Below, in pieces: positions 51,656 through 62,137 of a stretch of 64,000 bases of DNA (positions within the stretch are counted from its first letter, which is position 1; every line of letters starts with the position of its first letter). Origin of the DNA: a virus; the IMG/VR virus record IMGVR_UViG_3300040770_000547, one strand, 5' to 3'. Under the pieces are notes generated by a model, which did no database searches, was not told the origin of the DNA, and worked only from the letters and a program-made list of their open reading frames with translations. Both the position numbers and the translations under genes were made by a program.

Positions 51656-52413
51656 TGTTAGTAGGTATAAGTGGAGACATTAATTCCGGTAAAGATGTAG
51701 TAGGTAGGATGTTTCAATATTTGACATCAGAGTATCAAAACAAATATTCTTTCGAAAATTGGTTAGATAGAGTCGACAAGTATAAATCAGATCCTTACAG
51801 CCCTATTGAAATCAAGAAGTTTGCTGATAAACTCAAAGACATGGTATGTGTATTACTCAGTTGTACAAGAGAAAAGTTGGAAGACAGGGAATTCAAGAAC
51901 ACTCCATTAGGAGAACATTGGAGAAAATGGTATTACACAGCTGAAAGTGAAGTTTTTGTAAATAATCCTACAGGAAGAAACAAGTTAGTATTTAGCTCAG
52001 AAGAAGCCTGTTTACTACATATCAGAACTAATAAATACTGGTTGTTACATTCAAAATCTGCTTACACTATACAATCTGAAATTCTTACCCCTAGGCTTCT
52101 TATGCAATTAATAGGAACCGACTGTGGAAGAGATATCATACACCCTAACATCTGGCTTAATGCTACTATGGAAAAGTATGTACCTGGCAAATCTAACTGG
52201 GTATTGACTGATACTCGATTTCCTAACGAAGGAAGTGGAATATATCAAAGAAAAGGTATTGTCCTTAGGATACAAAGACCTGAAACAGATATCAAAGACA
52301 GAACTAATCTGCATGAGTCTGAGACGGCTTTGGATCTATTCCAGTTTACGGGTATTATTAACAATACAAAAGATCTGCCTTATTTGCTAGATCAAGTAAA
52401 AGAATACCTTTAA
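51655..52413 (+). CDS. deoxynucleoside monophosphate kinase
   Basis: GISGDINSGKD, FADKLK, RLLMQLIGT, TDTRFPNE, HESE. Confidence 0.88.
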   Translation: MLVGISGDINSGKDVVGRMFQYLTSEYQNKYSFENWLDRVDKYKSDPYSPIEIKKFADKLKDMVCVLLSCTREKLEDREFKNTPLGEHWRKWYYTAESEVFVNNPTGRNKLVFSSEEACLLHIRTNKYWLLHSKSAYTIQSEILTPRLLMQLIGTDCGRDIIHPNIWLNATMEKYVPGKSNWVLTDTRFPNEGSGIYQRKGIVLRIQRPETDIKDRTNLHESETALDLFQFTGIINNTKDLPYLLDQVKEYL

Positions 52414-52421
52414 TAATAAGT

Positions 52422-52450
52422 AAAGCCGGCGGTAAACACTGCCGGTTTTC
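52422..52450 (+). terminator. terminator
   Basis: AAAGCCGGCGGT/ACTGCCGGTTTT. Confidence 0.75.
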
Positions 52451-52466
52451 ACATAAAAACTACACC

Positions 52467-52964
52467 ATGAAATATAAATTAAACATAGACACTCTGGTAA
52501 TTGACGGCTATACAGGCACTGGAGATATTCAGCTTACAGAAGGAGATGACAATACTCCAATAGCAATGTTTGATGATTTGCATACTACTAAAAACATTAG
52601 GCTTCTTGGAAATTACTTAGCAAGACCAATAAGAGACCCAAAAGGACTTAATGGTGAGATGAAACGTATAATAATGCTGATGCACCTCTCTAGAGATACT
52701 GACTGTAACGTTGATATGATATACAGCAAGGATTTCAAAAAGAATTCGTACACAAACATATACGAAAGAAATATCACCTTTAAGATACTCCTAGGTACAA
52801 AAAACAATCAAATGAAGCTCAAAAAAGTAATTGTAAGCAACAATACTTTAGACGGTTTTGAAATCTCGGGTTACTTAAAAAGCCAGTTAGAGTCCGTTGA
52901 CTCTATAAATAGTCAAATAAAGTCGCTAAACGCGTCAATAGAAAACACCTTTAATAAATACTAA
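52467..52964 (+). CDS. hypothetical protein
   Basis: Co-oriented ORF. Confidence 0.78.
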   Translation: MKYKLNIDTLVIDGYTGTGDIQLTEGDDNTPIAMFDDLHTTKNIRLLGNYLARPIRDPKGLNGEMKRIIMLMHLSRDTDCNVDMIYSKDFKKNSYTNIYERNITFKILLGTKNNQMKLKKVIVSNNTLDGFEISGYLKSQLESVDSINSQIKSLNASIENTFNKY

Positions 52965-52965
52965 A

Positions 52966-53343
52966 ATGAAAGAAAAAATAAAGCTTTGGTTAGTTACTAT
53001 GCTGCTCTCAAAAATGGATCCTATTACAGTTGAAGACATCTACAAAAAAAGAATTAAAATAGCGCTTTTCGAATTGTACAGAAATAATTTAAGTCCTCAA
53101 ACAACAGACAGAGAAGTAGCAGCAATGATTTTTGACGCCAAGTATACTGAAGTTCTTATAGATTTAGGCTTCAGAACTCTTAGTGGAGAAGATCCAAAAC
53201 CAAGCGAGCTTTTGTCAGGCTATTATCAAAAAGCCAACAAAGGAGATATTTCTTTTATGAAAGGAGACTTTTATAGACACCTTGTGCAAGTAGGAGACAA
53301 TGAAGTAAGAAAGCTGCGTTACAGAATAAAAAGAAACCAATAA
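52966..53343 (+). CDS. hypothetical protein
   Basis: Tightly packed. Confidence 0.78.
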   Translation: MKEKIKLWLVTMLLSKMDPITVEDIYKKRIKIALFELYRNNLSPQTTDREVAAMIFDAKYTEVLIDLGFRTLSGEDPKPSELLSGYYQKANKGDISFMKGDFYRHLVQVGDNEVRKLRYRIKRNQ

Positions 53344-53353
53344 ATTTAAAGCT

Positions 53354-53908
53354 ATGATTAACATTAAAGAAAATGCGGTCATATGCTTAGGCTACCCTGA
53401 TTACGCTTCCTTTAAGAATTCTACAGGCCTAAAAATGGAGTTTAGTACTTATAATAATCACCTAAGCATCTCAAACAGTGAAGACGGTTTTTATGGTAGC
53501 TACTCTAGAGGAACGTCTATGTATGTAGGTAGGCAAGCACCTGATTTCAACCCGTTTAAAAACAATAAAGAAAACGAAAAAGCCCTTAAAGGAAAAGTAA
53601 GTTCTTTATTGAGACAACAAAGATCTCTAGAAGAAATCAAACAAAGGGGAATACCAAAGATAAAAGCGTTTATATCAACTTCTTTCAATGTCCCTGAAGA
53701 ATGTATAGAAACATCTGACATTGTATTTAATAAATGCTGGTCATTCACAGTAGCAAGCGTTACCTTCAACTATGAAGGAGAAATAAAAAACAAAAGCTTC
53801 AACATCCGTGAAACTTTGTACACAAGCTATAAAAATGCTTATGCAATGACCCAAGAAATAAAAAATTATTTTAACCTTAAAGAGAAAGAATATGATTCCA
53901 AATATTAA
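53354..53908 (+). CDS. hypothetical protein
   Basis: Tightly packed. Confidence 0.78.
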   Translation: MINIKENAVICLGYPDYASFKNSTGLKMEFSTYNNHLSISNSEDGFYGSYSRGTSMYVGRQAPDFNPFKNNKENEKALKGKVSSLLRQQRSLEEIKQRGIPKIKAFISTSFNVPEECIETSDIVFNKCWSFTVASVTFNYEGEIKNKSFNIRETLYTSYKNAYAMTQEIKNYFNLKEKEYDSKY

Positions 53909-56222
53909 ATCATCGGAAGGTATTGGAGACGGTGTCCTGAAAAAAGTTATACATGCGGGCTCAGAGTCTATCATGTTCAGCGTGCTTCAGGAAACCCAGT
54001 ACGTATACCCGTTCAAATCATCAGTCAGAGAAATTGTATCCAACTGCCTAGATTCTGTCACTGAGAGAAACAACTCCAGAAAAATTATAAACGGAGAGCT
54101 GCTGGCCTCAGATCTGTACATTATAAAAGAAGGAACCGAGTTTTCTGGGTCCGGCTTTAACGCTGATTACTACGATCTAAATTGGCTTAGTAATAACGAT
54201 AATGTTCAGATAGTTTATGTAGATAACGATACACCTACAAGAGATAGAATCAAATTTATCGATCACGGTGTGGGGCTTGGTGGTGAAAGACTTATCAACT
54301 ACTTCTCCTTAGGATACTCTACCAAGAGGCTAAGTAAAAACCAGTTGGGATCTTTTGGATTAGGTGCCAAGTCGTTGCTTGCTACAGGAGTAGATTTCTA
54401 TACTGTAACCTCTAGGTATAATGGAAGAGAATATTCTTTTCATGTGTACAAAGACCACGTAGTATCTGCAATTGCTAAGTTCGAAGACGACATAGTAAAC
54501 GAAGTAGAAATTTTCTTTGAAGGCCTTGATAACGAGTATTCTGTGTACTATAGAAAAACAGAAAAACTTAACGGAGTTATTATAGAAACAGAGGTAAAAC
54601 GCCATAGAAGAATGGATTTTATCAGCAGTATAGAGAACCAACTAGGGTTTATACCAAATATCGAATTGCTTATAGCAGACGGTAACATGGAATATGTATC
54701 TCCAAACAAAAGAAATATTGCAGTAAATGTGCTGTTCTCAAACGACAAATTGTTAGTTGGAGAGTCAGACTATTACGCCGTACCTCAAATTCTATTGAAG
54801 CCAGGGGACGACTCAAATATCATGATCTCGTATGGAACCATTAATTTCGAAGAGCTAGAGATGAAAAAGTACACAGGAAATGTGTCTTTCATTCTTAACA
54901 TAAACGAAGTAGATGTAACTCCTTCCAGAGAAAATGTGATTTGGAATACCAAAACTAGAGAAGCTGTAAAAAGAATGTTTATCTCAGCTCAGAAAACGGT
55001 AACAGACCTAATAGAAGATAAGATTAAGAACGAGACAAATCTTCCTGATTATCTTGCCTTACTTGCAAACTTCAAGGACAAAAACACTATTTCAGGTATC
55101 AATGAGCTTTACAAGATAATTGACGTATCTCAGATAGAAAACACGTACAGAGATTTCAAAATAGGTGAGGCGGCTTTACAGATGTCAGAGCTAGATGTTA
55201 GAAAAGATTTCATATGTACTACCACAGAAAATACAAACCAGTACGGTAGTAGAAGAATTGCCGACACTAATTATTCTAGTAATCTTTCTAAGGAGTTTGT
55301 TTCAAAGCTGAGTGTAAAAAACACAGCCTCTAATCTAACAATATACATAGGAGAGCCTAAATTAAATGGTATAGCTAGGTACATTGCAGACAAGTTTAAC
55401 ATCAATGACAGGCATGTGGATATTATTTATATAAAAAAAGACTTGTATGAAAAGCATGCTGACCTAGTGCTAGAAAAAGGGTTGGAAGTATACCTAGACG
55501 AATTGTATGAAGCAAAAGCTTTCCGTTCTGTACTTATTGCAGAGATAGTGAGATTTGTAACAGCTCAAGAAACAGCGCACCGCGTGCTATATCATGAAGA
55601 TATAGATCTGACCAAAATGAACAATCTTGCCAAAGTAGAAGAAGAGCAGCATAAAAACAGATACTTATCTTATGCAGAGCAACAAAAAGCACAAGGAAAA
55701 GTGACGGGGAATTTTCATTATACACCCACGTCTACTACTAGAAACTACTATGATGAAGAAATCATTGACAGAGACGGTCCTTTTATCATTTACCAACTTG
55801 GAAACCCAGTATGCGAAAGTATTTTCAAAAACGCTGCTGACAGGTTTCCAACTGGTATCAATATTGTAGGCTTTTCACAAGAAAATTTCAAGCGCTTTTA
55901 TAAGCTACCTAAAGTACGACAATTAACAGATTGTTTGTACAATGTTGCGTTTGGAGATTTAAACTTTACCGACCTAGGTAAAACATGTTTACCTGAAAGT
56001 GTAAGGAAAGAAATTCAAAAGCTGTACACTAAAGAAAAGCATCATACAAGCCTTCTTGGTACATCTTTTCACTTTTTAAGTGATAAATTTAAGGATTTTA
56101 AAGTAGATAACACTATATTTGAAAAAGCTATTTTATCCAAAGAATACAGTATTAGAAATAAGCGAGATCGCTATTTAAAACCAGAAAAACAGTGCTCCTG
56201 CGAGGAGTGCAAAACGCTATAA
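53892..56222 (+). CDS. rIIA: RIIA-like protein (GHKL ATPase N-terminus)
   Basis: VREIVSNCLDS, FIDHGVGL, STK..., GSFGLGAKS, VTPSRE; directly upstream of rIIB-like gene. Confidence 0.82.
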   Translation: MIPNIKSSEGIGDGVLKKVIHAGSESIMFSVLQETQYVYPFKSSVREIVSNCLDSVTERNNSRKIINGELLASDLYIIKEGTEFSGSGFNADYYDLNWLSNNDNVQIVYVDNDTPTRDRIKFIDHGVGLGGERLINYFSLGYSTKRLSKNQLGSFGLGAKSLLATGVDFYTVTSRYNGREYSFHVYKDHVVSAIAKFEDDIVNEVEIFFEGLDNEYSVYYRKTEKLNGVIIETEVKRHRRMDFISSIENQLGFIPNIELLIADGNMEYVSPNKRNIAVNVLFSNDKLLVGESDYYAVPQILLKPGDDSNIMISYGTINFEELEMKKYTGNVSFILNINEVDVTPSRENVIWNTKTREAVKRMFISAQKTVTDLIEDKIKNETNLPDYLALLANFKDKNTISGINELYKIIDVSQIENTYRDFKIGEAALQMSELDVRKDFICTTTENTNQYGSRRIADTNYSSNLSKEFVSKLSVKNTASNLTIYIGEPKLNGIARYIADKFNINDRHVDIIYIKKDLYEKHADLVLEKGLEVYLDELYEAKAFRSVLIAEIVRFVTAQETAHRVLYHEDIDLTKMNNLAKVEEEQHKNRYLSYAEQQKAQGKVTGNFHYTPTSTTRNYYDEEIIDRDGPFIIYQLGNPVCESIFKNAADRFPTGINIVGFSQENFKRFYKLPKVRQLTDCLYNVAFGDLNFTDLGKTCLPESVRKEIQKLYTKEKHHTSLLGTSFHFLSDKFKDFKVDNTIFEKAILSKEYSIRNKRDRYLKPEKQCSCEECKTL

Positions 56223-56283
56223 TGGCAAACTAGAATATCAAATAACAAGTAAGTAATTAATTAATAAATAAACAATTAGTATT

Positions 56284-57498
56284 ATGATCACAATCAATGT
56301 AATTAAAGTAAACGAAGTAGAGTATTTAACTGGAAAAATTGGAAAAGAAGGTTACTCAGTAGAATTCTCAAAAGACCTAAGAGATGTTTTATTGGACGCT
56401 GCTAAAAAGTACAGCAATTCAACTACTGTCGTAGAAGCTAACGAGGTCCTTGCAGACGCTCTAATAGCTGTAGACACTGTCAAATCAGTGAGCAACAACG
56501 CTCTTACTGAGATCCTTAAAGATGACTTAAGCTACAATCCTAAAACACATTCTTACCACATTATTAGCGATGGTAAAACAAGTGTTGAGCCAGTTCACCA
56601 ATTCTTTTGTCAAAAAATGATTGAAGCTAGCGAAAAAGGGCTTTCTCCTAAACCATGGTTAGTTTTCTGGGTACGTTTGATGAGAAACAAGCTGTACATG
56701 AAAAACAGCACTAAAGTTGAAACTTTAGTTGAGTATTTAAAAGCACAGTACCTTGATGAGGCTGCTTCAGCTAAATTAGTAGAAGAAGGGTATTCTTCTA
56801 CAATGGCAAACCAATTGTCTACTTTTGATCAGATTAGCATCACAGAAGAGGGTATTCTTGCCGCATTCAAATATGTGAAATTAATTGACCAAAAATACAT
56901 CGTTGAAAAAGACGATAAAGGGGAGCAAGTAATCAAACGTGTGGCAATGTATGAAAGAAAATTAGAGGTTGATCCAATTACAGGAGAAGTAACTAAAGAT
57001 GAACTTGAATTACCTACACACGCAGAAGACTTCACATTTGAGCCACCTATGCAAAGACAAAACAACGACCCTTTCACTTGTCAAGATATCAATGATACGA
57101 CTACTGAGCCTGCAATGGCGCACGTTATTAAGATAGGTAAAATTCACGCATTAACTGCTGGATTTGGTCAAGTAAATACTAACGACAACCAGTCTTGTGT
57201 TAAAGGCTTACACCTTGGAGGACACTATTATGTGAAATCTTACAATGGAGTTTCTTCTTACCTTGTTGATTGTCTTGTAGCTCCTGAAGATATCGGAGCT
57301 GTTTGTGATGTTAGAAGAGAAGATGGTGCTATCAGATGTAGACGTTACATGGTAACTGGAGGTCACTTTGCTGTAAGTAAAGGTATGTACCACCCATCAT
57401 CTTACGCAAAAATGTTGGATGCAGAGTGGATTGAAGTAAAAGCAAAGGTAATTGCTGATTTAAATGCTGCAAAAGCTGAAATAGAAGCAAAACTCTAG
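56284..57498 (+). CDS. rIIB: RIIB-like protein
   Basis: VN.ND..SC..GLH.G...Y, CLVAPEDI..V, IRCRRY motifs. Confidence 0.8.
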   Translation: MITINVIKVNEVEYLTGKIGKEGYSVEFSKDLRDVLLDAAKKYSNSTTVVEANEVLADALIAVDTVKSVSNNALTEILKDDLSYNPKTHSYHIISDGKTSVEPVHQFFCQKMIEASEKGLSPKPWLVFWVRLMRNKLYMKNSTKVETLVEYLKAQYLDEAASAKLVEEGYSSTMANQLSTFDQISITEEGILAAFKYVKLIDQKYIVEKDDKGEQVIKRVAMYERKLEVDPITGEVTKDELELPTHAEDFTFEPPMQRQNNDPFTCQDINDTTTEPAMAHVIKIGKIHALTAGFGQVNTNDNQSCVKGLHLGGHYYVKSYNGVSSYLVDCLVAPEDIGAVCDVRREDGAIRCRRYMVTGGHFAVSKGMYHPSSYAKMLDAEWIEVKAKVIADLNAAKAEIEAKL

Positions 57499-57535
57499 TT
57501 ATATTTGTGTACCCAATACACAAAAAACTTAACCC

Positions 57536-58315
57536 ATGGCTCCTACTAAACCAAAAGACACTCCAGAAATACTGGAATTGATAAAAAGCGCCCAGGCTGG
57601 GAATTCCCGATCTGAAGACAAACTTATATTAATTTATGCATCTTACGTCAATTTTATGGTCAGACAATATTCCAAAAAAACAGAGATCAAAGAAGACGAC
57701 GATTTACGATCGTACGTCAACCAAGGTCTCTTAGATGGAATTAGAAAGTTCGACCCAAAACGTGGTTCTAAGTTTATCTACTTCGCCCACATATGGATGA
57801 AGAAAAATATATTTCTTGGAGAGGCGTCATACAGGTTTATTAGGATACCGGTTAATCAAAAAGTATTCTACGACTCGCATGTCAAAGAACGTGCAGCAGC
57901 AGAGCTCTTGAATTCAGAGCATAGCCACAGTCACGGTCAAAAATTCATGGCGTTAGAAAATACAAAGACAGATTTTTTCACAGATTTAGTAACATTCGAT
58001 GTAGAGTCTGGTTTGCAGGAGCTCCCAGAGCATCTACTACACCAGACAAACATCAAAACCTTCAACGAAGATGAAGAGACCCTTTCGCTAGATGTATTGA
58101 AATCCAATATTCAACAAGTGTTAGCCAACTTCAATCAGAAGGAAATTTATATTATAGAGCACCTTTTTGGGCTCAATGGGAGAGAGCTGTTATCTTCAGA
58201 AGAGATAGCAGCTAATCTTAAAGTTACCAAAGTAAACATAACATTCACAAAGACCAGAATTATCCGGATGTTAAGACACAGTTCACTTAGTAATAAAATA
58301 CTTAACGGAATATAA
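57536..58315 (+). CDS. phage RNA polymerase sigma-70-family factor
   Basis: Region 2 (NQGLLDGIRKFDPKRGSKFIYFAHIW) and region 4 HTH (EEIAANLKVT). Confidence 0.9.
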   Translation: MAPTKPKDTPEILELIKSAQAGNSRSEDKLILIYASYVNFMVRQYSKKTEIKEDDDLRSYVNQGLLDGIRKFDPKRGSKFIYFAHIWMKKNIFLGEASYRFIRIPVNQKVFYDSHVKERAAAELLNSEHSHSHGQKFMALENTKTDFFTDLVTFDVESGLQELPEHLLHQTNIKTFNEDEETLSLDVLKSNIQQVLANFNQKEIYIIEHLFGLNGRELLSSEEIAANLKVTKVNITFTKTRIIRMLRHSSLSNKILNGI

Positions 58316-58336
58316 ATAAACAAACCACTCAAAATT

Positions 58337-59014
58337 ATGGCTACTAAAAAAGTCACGACCGCCTCAGTAGAGGTATTTAAGGTCAAAGGAGAAACTATGA
58401 AAATAGCTTTCAATAACTTGAAACAAGAAAAAGGTTTTGACAATCATCACCTAGAAATCGAAGATGACGAGTTACTAAACCAAGGCAACATTTGTAACGG
58501 AGCTATCTACAAAAAATCTAAAGATTTATATCCTGAATACATTAACAACAAGCTCTCTGAATACACTATCAAAGGTGCTTTGTACAATCTAAAGCCTAAA
58601 CTTAAGGATGAAAGTAGATTGCTAATGCACAACATTGTAATCAAGGGAACCAAACAATGGGAAACCATAAACTCTTTCAGAACAGATAATGGAGAAACAG
58701 TTTTCGAAGATGCTAGTACTAAAGAAGATGCTATTGCAAAAGCTAGAGAACTTGCCTTAGAGAGAAATGCTACCATCAATGTTGTAGTATCAAAAAGATT
58801 AGTGGGAATAGACGGAGTTATAGCTATAGCAGAGTTTATACCATTAGAATGTGCTGATGATACAAACATTTATGTGTTCTGGGTATTTCAAACTAAAGTA
58901 GAAGAGCAGGATGAGGATGAGCTAGCAGACGCACATACTGAAACAGATTCATACGGCCAACTTTCAATCAAAGAAGATTTGTTCGGATTTGTCGGACGTT
59001 CTTTAATATCATAA
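58337..59014 (+). CDS. hypothetical protein
   Basis: 225 aa in the replication cluster. Confidence 0.82.
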   Translation: MATKKVTTASVEVFKVKGETMKIAFNNLKQEKGFDNHHLEIEDDELLNQGNICNGAIYKKSKDLYPEYINNKLSEYTIKGALYNLKPKLKDESRLLMHNIVIKGTKQWETINSFRTDNGETVFEDASTKEDAIAKARELALERNATINVVVSKRLVGIDGVIAIAEFIPLECADDTNIYVFWVFQTKVEEQDEDELADAHTETDSYGQLSIKEDLFGFVGRSLIS

Positions 59015-59016
59015 CT

Positions 59017-60021
59017 ATGGAAAAAGAAAATAACTTAGTCATAATTGACGCTGATTCAATGATATACATCATAGGATCTGAGCTTGAGCACCTGCAACTA
59101 GAGCCTCTTGGTATCATGAAATTAGACGAGTTTATTTCAGATATTCTTATCACTACCGGATCAAAAGATTACTTAGGATTCATAGGAGGTAAAGGAAGAA
59201 ATTTCAGAAAAGATATCGCTATTACTAAGCCCTACAAAGGGACCAGGCCAGAAAAACCAGAGTGGTTCGTATTTTGGCAGCCTATATTGGCCCAAAGAAT
59301 GATAGAACACTGGGGATTTCAACCCTGTGACAATATTGAAGCCGACGATGCCTGCGCAATTGCCAGGGTTAAGTACGGAGACATGTACAGTAAAATTACT
59401 ATAGCATCACCAGATAAGGATCTACTTCAGATTGCCGATACTTGGTTCTATGATTATAGTAAAAGAACTACTATATTTTGTAACGAGACTGTGTCGCTTC
59501 ATAAATTTTGTCATCAATTAATCACGGGAGATTCTACAGACAATATCCCAGGATGTTTCGGAGCAGGAGCTGCGGCAGCTACTCTTGAAGTAAATATTAT
59601 AGCCAAAGAAGGCTTAGACAAAGTCGCTGCAATCTTAAGAATAAAAGCATTCTACATAAGCTGGCATACTGTTGTCTATAAAAAGAAGCAAGCTGTAAAG
59701 CAAGAAAAAGAATTCTTAGAAAGCTATAAGAAAACAAATGCTATTGCCAGGTTAACTGCAGCTTTAAAAAGCACCGCTCTTAAAGATTTTGTTGTAGACA
59801 CATCTATGATAATGAGCGAAGTAGACGCTATAATTTTGTTCAAAGAGCAGTATACACTTGTCAAATTAATTGACAACGAAGAAGAAGCTGCTAAGTACAG
59901 TTTTATACTTCGAGAACCTGTAACTAATAATTCGGTCGACTGGGATAGCATAGATATCTTCCACAATGAAATGGAGATGGTGCCTGAAGAAGAACACTTC
60001 GATTTCGAAGACGACCTTTAA
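59017..60021 (+). CDS. 5'-3' exonuclease/flap endonuclease (T5/T7/PolI-N type)
   Basis: IIDADS, EADD, DKDLLQI, GDSTDNIPG. Confidence 0.92.
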   Translation: MEKENNLVIIDADSMIYIIGSELEHLQLEPLGIMKLDEFISDILITTGSKDYLGFIGGKGRNFRKDIAITKPYKGTRPEKPEWFVFWQPILAQRMIEHWGFQPCDNIEADDACAIARVKYGDMYSKITIASPDKDLLQIADTWFYDYSKRTTIFCNETVSLHKFCHQLITGDSTDNIPGCFGAGAAAATLEVNIIAKEGLDKVAAILRIKAFYISWHTVVYKKKQAVKQEKEFLESYKKTNAIARLTAALKSTALKDFVVDTSMIMSEVDAIILFKEQYTLVKLIDNEEEAAKYSFILREPVTNNSVDWDSIDIFHNEMEMVPEEEHFDFEDDL

Positions 60022-60039
60022 CCAATTAAATATGTAACA

Positions 60040-61140
60040 ATGGAGTTATTAAATCTAAGCAAATGCAAAACAAACGCGGATGTTTGTAAGCTAGTCTCAG
60101 AAAGAGTAAACTCTGTACCCTATACCGCGCTACTTTCGGAAGTAGAGAAAAGATTTATATACCAAGAACCGGCTACAAACGCTATTTACACCGGGCTTTC
60201 AGAAAACATGAACGTGTTTTTAAGCGGCCCTGGCGGTTACGGTAAAAGTAACTTGATAAAATTCGTCCTTGATTTCTATAAAATTCCTTACACAGTAGTT
60301 GTAGGGTATAAAGACATGCCTGTGGACGCCTTGTTAGGTATTCCAGATATGTCCAAATTACTTAATGAAAGCAAGTACGAAGTCAATTTCAAGGAGTCAC
60401 CTTTCTATAAACCAGGGATCCTTATAGGGGAAGAATTTACAGATATATTACCTTCTACCGCAGCAGCGCTAAAGGATATACTGACCGAGAAGGGCTTCCA
60501 TACAAAATCAGGAAAAGTTGAGTCATTGATCTCCTGTATGATAATTGCAGCAAATAAATCCTCCAAAGAGGTTATTGACGACGAGAGCAAGAGAGCGTTC
60601 TACGAAGAACGCTTTCCAATACAGTGCGAAGTTAACTGGGATACGCATACTGCACAGGATTACTTTAAACTTCTAAAGCTTTCTTTTGCTGATTCTGATA
60701 CGGCGTTGTTGTTTTTCATGTCCAAATTGTTCGAAGACAATCATGCTAACTTTAACAATACGCCCTCTCCGAGAATCGCCATAGATATTACCAAAGTGTA
60801 CATAAACAAGGGTATCGATTTTATAGGCAACTTTTCAATCAGCACGGCTAACATAGCCCAAATAAAAGCTGCAGCGGCTAGGGAGTATAACATCAAATCA
60901 GTATCCAAGTTGCTCAAAGAAGTTAGCTTTGTAATTTACTCAGTAAAGTCTGCTAAAGACCATAGACTAGTAGGTTTACATGCATTAAAACTACTTAACA
61001 GTATTAAGGTTACTGATGATACTATGAGTGTTGTAATGGAAGCCAAGAAGACAATAGAAGACCAACTATCGGCCAAACCTTTTTCTGATAATATGCTAAA
61101 CGACATCGATCAATTATTCAAACTAATCAACAATGATTAG
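60040..61140 (+). CDS. MoxR/RavA-like AAA+ ATPase
   Basis: GPGGYGKS Walker A, IGEEF Walker B, AAN, ERF. Confidence 0.8.
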   Translation: MELLNLSKCKTNADVCKLVSERVNSVPYTALLSEVEKRFIYQEPATNAIYTGLSENMNVFLSGPGGYGKSNLIKFVLDFYKIPYTVVVGYKDMPVDALLGIPDMSKLLNESKYEVNFKESPFYKPGILIGEEFTDILPSTAAALKDILTEKGFHTKSGKVESLISCMIIAANKSSKEVIDDESKRAFYEERFPIQCEVNWDTHTAQDYFKLLKLSFADSDTALLFFMSKLFEDNHANFNNTPSPRIAIDITKVYINKGIDFIGNFSISTANIAQIKAAAAREYNIKSVSKLLKEVSFVIYSVKSAKDHRLVGLHALKLLNSIKVTDDTMSVVMEAKKTIEDQLSAKPFSDNMLNDIDQLFKLINND

Positions 61141-62137
61141 GAAGCATCCAAATGTAAGTGATGCCAACTTTGATATACTGATCGATATCGCCATAAAAGA
61201 TGCAGAACTAACCGGGTATGTCTCAAAAGACACGCTCAAGCAATTCTACAATTTGTTTTCCTGGGTTTACATCCAGGGGAACACTTATGGAGCATTCAGC
61301 AAAAACACTAAACTTGAGAAGTTTCTTTCCCGGTTTGATTTGTTTCGATTCAAGGGAGAATCAATGTGCTATTCTGCGGTATTGTTTTACCAAAAGCTAA
61401 GCAAAGTGATAAACCTTAGAGATCTGGAAACAGACCTGATACAAGGTTTAGGAACAGGCGACAATAAATTGTTTGTAAGTAATGATTTTACATATAAACA
61501 GTTGTATGATTTGTACGCAGAGAATGGAGGAGATTTGAGCACTGACTTTCTGTTATTCAACGAGCTGTTTAAAACCAGCACAGAAAAAGAAGTCAAGAAG
61601 TTGAGCTCGTACAGTGAACTGACTAAGCTGACCAACATCACTAATTTAGTGAGACCTGACCTAGCATACAGTCTGGCCACCAACAAGCTTAACGTGAATT
61701 TTGAGAAAGAAAGCAGCAGCAAAGAAGATAAAAAAATATATGTTCTTCAAGACAGCACTTTCTCTATACAGAGATACGAAAGCCAATTAAAAATGGTGAA
61801 AGCTTTTATTTTAGATACCGCTTTCAAAAACGACTACCAAGTAGAGTGGCTGTTTGTATCAAATAGAATAAACCACAGGGTTTCATACAATAAAGCTAAC
61901 ATAGCCAACATTGATATGCAATTCCATTACAGCGGAACGTTTGTAGACACGTCTTCAATACTTATAGCTGATGAATTCATGGGGAAACAAGTCGTGATAA
62001 TCACTGACGGCACCGACATGTTTGACTTTCCGTTCAACACAAAAACTAAGAAGATTAGTGTAATAAGCTTTTTAGACAATATTAACATCAAAGATAAAAT
62101 TTCAAAATATGGAAGATTCTTTAAAATCACAACCTGA
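61133..62137 (+). CDS. VWA-domain protein (partner of AAA+ ATPase)
   Basis: VLQDSTFS (MIDAS-like), SGT, VIITDG. Confidence 0.72.
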   Translation: MIRKHPNVSDANFDILIDIAIKDAELTGYVSKDTLKQFYNLFSWVYIQGNTYGAFSKNTKLEKFLSRFDLFRFKGESMCYSAVLFYQKLSKVINLRDLETDLIQGLGTGDNKLFVSNDFTYKQLYDLYAENGGDLSTDFLLFNELFKTSTEKEVKKLSSYSELTKLTNITNLVRPDLAYSLATNKLNVNFEKESSSKEDKKIYVLQDSTFSIQRYESQLKMVKAFILDTAFKNDYQVEWLFVSNRINHRVSYNKANIANIDMQFHYSGTFVDTSSILIADEFMGKQVVIITDGTDMFDFPFNTKTKKISVISFLDNINIKDKISKYGRFFKITT

